From Candidatus Saccharibacteria bacterium UBA1788 (GTDB lineage: Bacteria > Patescibacteriota > Saccharimonadia > Saccharimonadales > Saccharimonadaceae): DNA of 34,677 nucleotides. Under the pieces are notes generated by a model. That model was not told the origin of the DNA. It saw only the letters and a program-made list of their open reading frames with translations, and did no database searches. Position numbers and translations under genes: made by a program. The stretch spans positions 4,679-39,355 of the forward strand of contig DCGC01000040.1 in assembly GCA_002315165.1 (NCBI GenBank). The letters run 5' to 3'. This document shows, piece by piece, positions 1 through 6,392 of the stretch (position 1 is the first letter of the stretch; each line of letters opens with the position of its first letter).

Positions 1-2
1 GC

Positions 3-197
3 AAAACCCTTATCGATGCCTACGGCGAAAACGACGCAAAAGAAGTCCCGATTCTCTTTGGCGGCAGCGTTAATTCCTCCAACGCTGGTGGCTATCTCAC
101 TATCCCAGGCGTTAATGGCCTCTTGATTGGCGGCGCCAGCTTGATTGCCCCTGAATTTCTTGATATAATAGAAACAGCTAAAAGAGTTCACCAATGA
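3..197 (+). CDS. tpiA: Triosephosphate isomerase, C-terminal part (truncated by window edge)
   Basis: Manual translation from base 3: KTLIDAYGENDAKEVPILFGGSVNSSNAGGYLTIPGVNGLLIGGASLIAPEF...; GGSVN and GLLIGGASL are TIM loop 7/8 motifs; TGA 195-197 overlaps the next ATG (ATGA). Confidence 0.93.
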   Translation, partial: KTLIDAYGENDAKEVPILFGGSVNSSNAGGYLTIPGVNGLLIGGASLIAPEFLDIIETAKRVHQ

Positions 198-685
198 ATA
201 AAAACCCCTTAGAGTCTAACGCTTCGCATGTTCGCTACATGGATTTTATTGCTCCAAAAAGCAAGCCAATCCCTTCTGGTCGCCCAGTAAAAGACCTAAA
301 ACCAGCCCAAAAACCAGCTCCGAAGCCCGTTTCTAAACCAGCCCAAAAACCGGTCCAAAAGCCAACCCAAGCGCAAGCTCCAAAACTCGATAAAAAAGAG
401 TCTCCAGACGCAGCTAGCTACACCCTCGGCGGCAAATCTCCGTTTTTGACCTCTGTAACCGTAGAAAAACGCCCTCTTTCTGGCGCCGCTCCGACTAAAC
501 CAGCTAAAAACATCTATCCCGATAAAAAACCAATCGTTCCCGAACAGAAAAAAACAGAACCAACCAAAATTATCAAGAAAAAAGAGAAGAAATCTGGCGG
601 TTTTGGCGTCTTTTTGATTATTGTCCTTACTATTATCCTCGGCGCTCTCGTCGGTGCCGCCGCCTACTTTGTCTTACCTAAATAG
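194..685 (+). CDS. Pro/Lys-rich hypothetical protein with C-terminal transmembrane anchor
   Basis: 163 aa ORF coupled to tpiA by ATGA overlap; low-complexity KPxx repeats; single hydrophobic helix at the C-terminus after a KKKEKK patch. Confidence 0.85.
   Translation: MNKNPLESNASHVRYMDFIAPKSKPIPSGRPVKDLKPAQKPAPKPVSKPAQKPVQKPTQAQAPKLDKKESPDAASYTLGGKSPFLTSVTVEKRPLSGAAPTKPAKNIYPDKKPIVPEQKKTEPTKIIKKKEKKSGGFGVFLIIVLTIILGALVGAAAYFVLPK
299..370 (+). repeat. Six 12-bp coding repeats (KPAQ KPAP KPVS KPAQ KPVQ KPTQ)
   Basis: aaaccagcccaa-like unit repeated six times in frame. Confidence 0.85.
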
Positions 686-693
686 GGAACCAC

Positions 694-927
694 ATGGAAG
701 AAAGAACTAAGAGAAAACAAAAAAATCTCACCCGCCAAATCACCTTTTGGGCTCTTTGCGCCATTATTATCGCCGTTGTGACTTTCCTAATTGTTAGCCT
801 CATAAAAAACAACCCTATCTCTCCCGACGTCGAAGCTGGCGAAGAAAACTCCGAAGTCTATGATGATTCCGACTTCGATTGGGATGCTTGGAACAAAGAA
901 TTAGAAAAACTTCGCCAAGAATCCTAA
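694..927 (+). CDS. Small single-pass membrane protein
   Basis: 77 aa; basic N-terminus, one TM helix, acidic tail; AGGGA SD-like sequence upstream. Confidence 0.75.
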   Translation: MEERTKRKQKNLTRQITFWALCAIIIAVVTFLIVSLIKNNPISPDVEAGEENSEVYDDSDFDWDAWNKELEKLRQES

Positions 928-931
928 ACTG

Positions 932-940
932 TGTTATAAT
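932..940 (+). promoter_or_regulatory. Extended -10 promoter for tRNA-His/tRNA-Gly
   Basis: TGtTATAAT 9 nt before tRNA-His. Confidence 0.7.
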
Positions 941-949
941 ACACTAGAT

Positions 950-1027
950 GGTGGGATTAGCTCAGATGGTTAGAGCGTCTGATTGTGGTCCAGAAGGTCG
1001 TCGGTTCGATCCCGATATCCCACCCCA
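950..1027 (+). tRNA. tRNA-His(GTG)
   Basis: Cloverleaf GTGGGAT/ATCCCAC acceptor, anticodon loop TTGTGGT, encoded G-1 and C73, CCA end. Confidence 0.97.
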
Positions 1028-1042
1028 TCATCTTAACAATTT

Positions 1043-1117
1043 GCGAGTGTCGTACAGCGGTTAGTATACAAGTTTTCCAAACTTGGGATGAGGTTTCGAC
1101 TACCTCCACTCGCACCA
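1043..1117 (+). tRNA. tRNA-Gly(TCC)
   Basis: GCGAGTG/CACTCGC acceptor, CAAGT-TTTCCAA-ACTTG anticodon arm, TTCGA T-loop, CCA end. Confidence 0.93.
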
Positions 1118-1121
1118 GTTT

Positions 1122-1145
1122 AAGAGGCCGAGAGGCTCTTTTTTT
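1122..1145 (+). terminator. Intrinsic terminator after tRNA pair
   Basis: AAGAG(G)CC-GAGA-GGCTCTT hairpin followed by T-run. Confidence 0.75.
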
Positions 1146-1154
1146 ATAATACTC

Positions 1155-1183
1155 TTGCTTTTTTGTAAAAAGTATGCTATAAT
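1155..1183 (+). promoter_or_regulatory. Sigma70 promoter
   Basis: TTGCTT-17 nt-TATAAT with TG extension. Confidence 0.8.
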
Positions 1184-1255
1184 AAAACCATTACCGTAAA
1201 ACAGGTCAAATGCGACCGTCACGGTCGTAAATTAAATTTTAGGAGGTTGTGTTTT

Positions 1256-1906
1256 ATGAGTAAAAAGAACAGTGTTTTTGGCGAGGCTTTTGGAGAATTA
1301 GTTCCCAAGAAAAAGGAAACTACCCCTACAGAACCGAAACCGAAGAAAACGTCCCCCGCTTCAACCCCAGCTCCTACGGAGGAAGAAATTCAAACCCGTA
1401 TTGAAGCCGCAACAACTATCGTTCGTATCGAGGGCGAGAAAAAGGCGGAACAGGCAAAGAAAGAGGCTGAAGCAAAAGCCCAGAAGGCAATCGAAGAGGC
1501 GAAAAAGGCCGCTGAAGCGAAGTCTAAAGCGGAAATCGAAGCAGCGAGAAAAACCTTTGAGGCAACTCCCGAATATCAGGAGTTCCTGAAACAAAAGACG
1601 GCAGCAGCAACAGCAACCACGACGAACGAAGACCGCCCCGCTATGGAAGCGGTACTGAAATCGCTTGCAAGTTTTGCAAAGAAAGACCCGCAGTTTGCGG
1701 CAAAATTCTTCAAAGCTGCTCAGCCGTTCGCACCGAAGACCTATGGCGCCTATCTCAACATCGGTGGCCAGCTCATTTCCGTAAAAGAATTCGGTTCGAT
1801 TCCTTCCGCTCTCACTCCAGAAGTGTACGAAACCCAGAACGGACAGCCAACAGGCAATCCGCTCAAAAAAGAGGATGCAGAAAAACTTCTGCCTACACTT
1901 CTCTAA
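1256..1906 (+). CDS. Hypothetical Ala/Lys/Glu-rich coiled-coil protein
   Basis: ORF track 1247 start revised to ATG 1256 (AGGAGG at 1241-1246); central AEAKKA-type helical repeat; own promoter and terminator. Confidence 0.85.
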   Translation: MSKKNSVFGEAFGELVPKKKETTPTEPKPKKTSPASTPAPTEEEIQTRIEAATTIVRIEGEKKAEQAKKEAEAKAQKAIEEAKKAAEAKSKAEIEAARKTFEATPEYQEFLKQKTAAATATTTNEDRPAMEAVLKSLASFAKKDPQFAAKFFKAAQPFAPKTYGAYLNIGGQLISVKEFGSIPSALTPEVYETQNGQPTGNPLKKEDAEKLLPTLL

Positions 1907-1915
1907 CCCCCTCCT

Positions 1916-1948
1916 GACCCCTAGCAGCCAGCTAGGGGTCTATTTTTT
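1916..1948 (+). terminator. Intrinsic terminator
   Basis: GACCCCTAGC-AGCCA-GCTAGGGGTC perfect 10-bp stem then TATTTTTT. Confidence 0.9.
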
Positions 1949-1977
1949 GCCATAAGCGCTAAATAGTGGTAATGCTA

Positions 1978-2006
1978 TTGACTTTTTCCCTAATCTGTGA
2001 TACAAT
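1978..2006 (+). promoter_or_regulatory. Sigma70 promoter
   Basis: TTGACT-17 nt-TACAAT with TG extension. Confidence 0.8.
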
Positions 2007-2139
2007 AAGGACAGTCTACGCAAGTGTGGCAAAGTGCTTACGTAAACGGTCCTTAAAACCGAATCATCTCAGGTACAACCACGTACCTGAAGTGTGTGTA
2101 AAAGGGTAAAAACTATATTATTGAAGGGGGTTATCATAA

Positions 2140-4065
2140 ATGTTGATAACAATTTTACAGTTTATTATTGCTCTGTGTTTTTCGTTCTATGTAGCGAAAA
2201 CGCTCGACGATGTTTGTCATGCGACATTCATCGAATGGAAAAACCGCGAAGACCGCGCCGATTATAGAAAGCCGCTCAAAAGGCTCCCTCTAAAAATTTG
2301 GCTTGCGATTATTGCGGTAGCAGTTGTGCTCTCCACCGTTCCGGTGGCCTTGCACGGCTTCTTAAACCTTAAATGGGTTTGGGTATTTCCCGCAGTTTGC
2401 GCTATTGCACTTATCGTTTTGATGGTGCGCGCAAAAACAGTTCTCCAGCGCCAGATGACATTCTGGTTTGCAGTTCCTTTTGTAACTGCAACCGCGTTTT
2501 GTCTTTGCTCTGGGTTCTTCAACTTCCTTGGCTATTTTGCTATCGGCGCAATAATTCTTCTCATCGCATCATTCATTAAAAGTTTCTTCCAAAATCGTGC
2601 AAACGAAGATAGTGAAGACGAGCCTGACGATGATGAAGATGATGACGAAGAAGCAACTTCCGATGACGATTCTGACGACGAATCCGATTCTGATGACTCT
2701 AAATCTGAAGACGAAGACGATTCTGAAGATGACTCTGAAGACGATTCCGACTCTGACGAAGATGACGATTCTGAAGACGATTCCGATGACGAATCTGACT
2801 CTGAATCCGATGAGCCCCGCAAAGGAAAGAACTGGTGGAAATGGTTACTCGGCGCTCTTGTTCTCGCAGCAATCATCCTTGGTCTAATTTTCGGACTTAA
2901 GAGTTGCAGCAAGGACAAAGAAGAGCCTACGAAAACCAACCCTAAGGGAACCTATAGCGACATCGTCTCTGTAGGCGACCTCACCCGAGAGAGCCTCAAA
3001 GAGAGATTCCCCAACTGGGATGCATCTCTCAGCAAAAACCAATTCTCGAGCGAAACTAAAAATCGCGTTGAGAAATCGGGTTTTAGCGACGCCGTTGACT
3101 TTCCTATAGTTAACGACGGAACTGAACTCGCTCAGGTTCAAGAACAAATCCTGCACAGTCCCGTATACGCTGATATGGTCGCTAGAGGATTACTCGAAAT
3201 CGAGCTTTCCGAAGCTTCCATGAAGGAGCTTGCTCCTTGGCTCGTTAAGTTCGTAGAACTTAATGATGCTGCCATGAAAGACGATACGAAGGGCTGGACT
3301 ATCTGGCTCGCGAAAGACAAGGATGGAAAGATTATCTTAAACGATAATTATTTCGACTATGCCGCTCGCATTGCTATCATGCTTGATTATTTCAAAGCAG
3401 ATGGCGTTAAAGCAAAAGAATCGATAGTCAACTTTCGCTTGCCGATAAGTGACGCCGATGAATTTGCAAGGACAGAAAAGTCCGACGCACAGGAGAATAA
3501 GGAAGCTTTTATCTTGAACTATGTCAGAAAAGATACTAAAGGTATCGAAGCGACAATCGGTTTCAACATGTTCGATAAGCGTTTCGAACGCTTCGAACTC
3601 GAGAAACCAGTTCAAAAGACTGAAACCACAGCGACGACGACTTCCACTCCTACGAAAAAGACCACGCCAAAAACTCCTATAACGGAGCCTGAGCCTACCC
3701 CGTCCGAACCAACTCCTGAGACGACCACCCCTAAAAAGGATACGTCAAAGGACCCAGTTAACCAGGGTAACGCACAGCGCGGCGGCGGTAAAAATAAAGG
3801 GTCAGACGGTGCTGGAACTTACCAGCCTAATGACCCGCAGGAAACTACAGGAAAAGCTGCAGAAACAACCAGTAAACCTGCAGAAACTACCAAAAAATCC
3901 ACAGAGACTACAAAAACTTCTGAGACTACTAAAAAGTCTGAAGAAACAGTCCATGTGGACGACAACTACCAGCCCGATCCGGAGCCGGCAACAGTTACAT
4001 CTGATTCTCACGATAATAAGAATCAGAATGCTGGCACGGAAAACGGCGAATTCTATATGCCCTAA
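2140..4065 (+). CDS. Hypothetical multi-pass membrane/surface protein with acidic linker and Thr/Pro-rich tail
   Basis: 641 aa; about 5 N-terminal hydrophobic helices, ~70 aa D/E/S tract, another TM ending LIFGLKSC, globular region, T/P/K-rich C-terminal region. Confidence 0.88.
   Translation: MLITILQFIIALCFSFYVAKTLDDVCHATFIEWKNREDRADYRKPLKRLPLKIWLAIIAVAVVLSTVPVALHGFLNLKWVWVFPAVCAIALIVLMVRAKTVLQRQMTFWFAVPFVTATAFCLCSGFFNFLGYFAIGAIILLIASFIKSFFQNRANEDSEDEPDDDEDDDEEATSDDDSDDESDSDDSKSEDEDDSEDDSEDDSDSDEDDDSEDDSDDESDSESDEPRKGKNWWKWLLGALVLAAIILGLIFGLKSCSKDKEEPTKTNPKGTYSDIVSVGDLTRESLKERFPNWDASLSKNQFSSETKNRVEKSGFSDAVDFPIVNDGTELAQVQEQILHSPVYADMVARGLLEIELSEASMKELAPWLVKFVELNDAAMKDDTKGWTIWLAKDKDGKIILNDNYFDYAARIAIMLDYFKADGVKAKESIVNFRLPISDADEFARTEKSDAQENKEAFILNYVRKDTKGIEATIGFNMFDKRFERFELEKPVQKTETTATTTSTPTKKTTPKTPITEPEPTPSEPTPETTTPKKDTSKDPVNQGNAQRGGGKNKGSDGAGTYQPNDPQETTGKAAETTSKPAETTKKSTETTKTSETTKKSEETVHVDDNYQPDPEPATVTSDSHDNKNQNAGTENGEFYMP
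2605..2814 (+). repeat. Asp/Glu/Ser low-complexity coding tract
   Basis: Degenerate gacgattctgaa-type repeats encoding DDSE/DDSD units. Confidence 0.9.
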
Positions 4066-4083
4066 CCCTGGGCAACACACACC

Positions 4084-4108
4084 TCCCCGGCGACCTAGTC
4101 GCCGGGGA
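4084..4108 (+). other. GC-rich hairpin without immediate U-tract
   Basis: TCCCCGGCGAC-CTA-GTCGCCGGGGA perfect 11-bp stem just after the 641-aa gene. Confidence 0.75.
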
Positions 4109-4213
4109 ATCCCAAGTTTGTATTTGAGACGATTCGGTTTTATCGATTAGATGAAAGTTAACAATTTGGCTAGCAGAAGTCTAATTAAAAATATTTTTTG
4201 AAAGGATCATTTT

Positions 4214-5458
4214 ATGAAATCTACTATTAAATCTGCACTTAGCATCACAGCTGCTGCTGCTCTTGCTGGTGTTGCTGTTGCCCCTGCTGCTTTTGCTTGG
4301 GGTGATAACGCTGGTGGTCGTGCCAGTTACACTCTCGACCAAATCAACTCTGGCGTTCTTGGCAACAAGATCGTCCTTAACTCTATCTCCGATTCAACTA
4401 TCGGTGATGAAAAGAACTTCGTTGGCGCTCGTTTAGATAACGGCGACAATGGCGCTTCTAACGTTTGGAACGGCAATGAAATTAATGTCGAATCTGGCAA
4501 AACCTACATTGTCCGTCTTTACGTTCACAACAACAACCCAAATGGTACCAATGCTGTTGCTACTGGTGTAAAAACTACGTTTATTATTCCAGAAACAACT
4601 TCTAAATCCGTTGAAGTCAACGGTATCATCAACTCTAACAATGCTACCCCTTCTAAATATTGGGATAACGTTGTCTTTAAAAGCAATTCAAACTTCCACC
4701 TAGAATACGTTAAGGGTTCCGCCCTTCTCGAAAATAACGGTATTGGCGCTAATGGTGGTGTTAAACTTAGCGACGATATCATTAGCTCCGGTGTAAAAAT
4801 CGGCTACGACAAGCTTGATGGTAAAATCCCAGGCTGTTATCAATATGCTTCCTATGTTACCGTTAAGGTTAAAGCTGTATTTGATAACGCTATCGTAGAA
4901 AAACAAGTTAGCAAAACTGGTGAATCTGGTACTTGGACTGAATCTATCGATGCTAATATCGGTGACACCGTCTACTATCGTATTCACTATAAAAACACTT
5001 CTGGCTCTTCCGTAGAATCTGTTGCGATTAAAGATGTTCTTCCTACTAACATGGAATATGTTAAAGGCTCAACTATTCTTTATAACGCATCAAACCCTAA
5101 AGGTATCGCTCGTGACGATACTATTACGACGACCGGTGTTTACGTTGGTGGCTACGCCAACAACGGTGACGCTTACGTTGTCTTTGCTGCAAAAATCGTT
5201 GATAAAAACCTTGCTTGTGGCAAAAACAAACTTGTCAACTGGGGTCAAGTTACTGCAAATAATAAAGTAACCCAAGATTCTGCTGACGTCATGGTTGCTA
5301 AAACCTGTAGCGAATCCACTCCAGAAGAACCAGTCGAAGATACTCCAGAAGTTCTTCCAAAAACTGGTGCAACCTCTGTTGTAGTTACTGCCCTTGGTAT
5401 TGGTTCTGTAATTACTACCGCAGGTTACTACATTGCTAGCCGCAAAGCTTTGCGCTAA
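4214..5458 (+). CDS. Secreted DUF11/Cna-B-like surface protein with LPXTG-type sorting signal
   Basis: Signal peptide ending APAAFA; IGDTVYYRIHYKNT...IKDVLPTNMEYVKGS resembles DUF11 repeats; C-terminal LPKTG + hydrophobic helix + RKALR. Confidence 0.8.
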   Translation: MKSTIKSALSITAAAALAGVAVAPAAFAWGDNAGGRASYTLDQINSGVLGNKIVLNSISDSTIGDEKNFVGARLDNGDNGASNVWNGNEINVESGKTYIVRLYVHNNNPNGTNAVATGVKTTFIIPETTSKSVEVNGIINSNNATPSKYWDNVVFKSNSNFHLEYVKGSALLENNGIGANGGVKLSDDIISSGVKIGYDKLDGKIPGCYQYASYVTVKVKAVFDNAIVEKQVSKTGESGTWTESIDANIGDTVYYRIHYKNTSGSSVESVAIKDVLPTNMEYVKGSTILYNASNPKGIARDDTITTTGVYVGGYANNGDAYVVFAAKIVDKNLACGKNKLVNWGQVTANNKVTQDSADVMVAKTCSESTPEEPVEDTPEVLPKTGATSVVVTALGIGSVITTAGYYIASRKALR

Positions 5459-5494
5459 TTGACCGCTCTAAAACTTAAAAGGGTCGGCCAAAAG

Positions 5495-5526
5495 AAAATC
5501 TCCTCCCAAAACGGGAGGAGATTTTT
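5495..5526 (+). terminator. Intrinsic terminator
   Basis: AAAATCTCCTCCC-AAAAC-GGGAGGAGATTTTT. Confidence 0.9.
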
Positions 5527-5573
5527 GTTAAAAAATACTTTTATTGAAAATTCTTATGCTATAATAAAACTGT

Positions 5574-6392
5574 ATGGATCCAAATGGTATTTTTTCTAAT
5601 AATAGCGAGCCGGTCTCGCCAACCCCTCCGGCCTCGCCGATTTCGCCAACCCCTTCTGCGCCAATCTCTCCAGCTGGCGATATCATCCTTGGCGGCAATA
5701 ACCCAAAAAAGAAATCTAAGAAACCATTGATAATCACTATTTTTGTAGCCATCTTCATTGCTGTAATTTTGGTGGTAGTGGTATTACTCAAACAGGGGGT
5801 ATTAAGTAAAAAGCAAGATAATGTCGACTTGATTCAAAACGGCACAGATGAAATTACGATGAACTGGAGCGGCGGGGAATTAAAAGACACAGTATTTGCT
5901 ATTCGCATCGCAGAATCAGATAACCCTAACCAAATCACCGCATACTACAAAATACTCAACTCAGAAAGTCAAGGCTATTCGGAAAACCTTCAAGAACTCA
6001 TTAAGGTATTAAATTATACTATTAACTATCGGACTGTTCGCGACGACCTGGACTCCATCTATTCAGAAAAAGGCTACGATGCTGCTAAAGAAATGATAAA
6101 TAATTTTAAATACTCAGGAGACGATACGTTCTTAAAAAATATGTCTGACACCTATATCCAATATTATACGAATTACTTAAGCTCATACAATTTATTGTCT
6201 AAGAGTGGTTGTATTAAAACTGGGAGTTTAGACCAAGAATGTGCCGCAGAAAATGAAATATTCTCGCACACAGCCAAGTTTGATGGCGAAGCAGAGGATG
6301 CTTTAGCATATATGAAAGACGCGGATATACTTAAAGTCCTCAACACTATTGTTCTTAATACTATTTCACAATCTAAAAAAGGAAACAAATGA
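5574..6392 (+). CDS. Hypothetical single-pass membrane protein with Pro-rich N-terminus (probably leaderless)
   Basis: 272 aa; SPTPPASPISP repeats, KKKSKK + TM; TGcTATAAT 8 nt before ATG, no SD; ATGA overlap with next gene. Confidence 0.85.
   Translation: MDPNGIFSNNSEPVSPTPPASPISPTPSAPISPAGDIILGGNNPKKKSKKPLIITIFVAIFIAVILVVVVLLKQGVLSKKQDNVDLIQNGTDEITMNWSGGELKDTVFAIRIAESDNPNQITAYYKILNSESQGYSENLQELIKVLNYTINYRTVRDDLDSIYSEKGYDAAKEMINNFKYSGDDTFLKNMSDTYIQYYTNYLSSYNLLSKSGCIKTGSLDQECAAENEIFSHTAKFDGEAEDALAYMKDADILKVLNTIVLNTISQSKKGNK

Noticed and set aside
2007-2090. c-di-GMP-I riboswitch (GGCAAA seen)
   Set aside because: The remaining GEMM consensus and two-stem tetraloop/receptor layout could not be matched by eye.
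2532-2939. 135-aa Ser-rich minus-strand ORF and 96-aa Met/Thr-rich frame
   Set aside because: Shadow frames of the acidic low-complexity tract.
1900-4165. Integron cassette array (genes ending TAAC, later GTTA)
   Set aside because: No RYYYAAC/GTTRRRY match, the 230-bp spacer is too long and does not fold end to end like attC, and no integrase is present.
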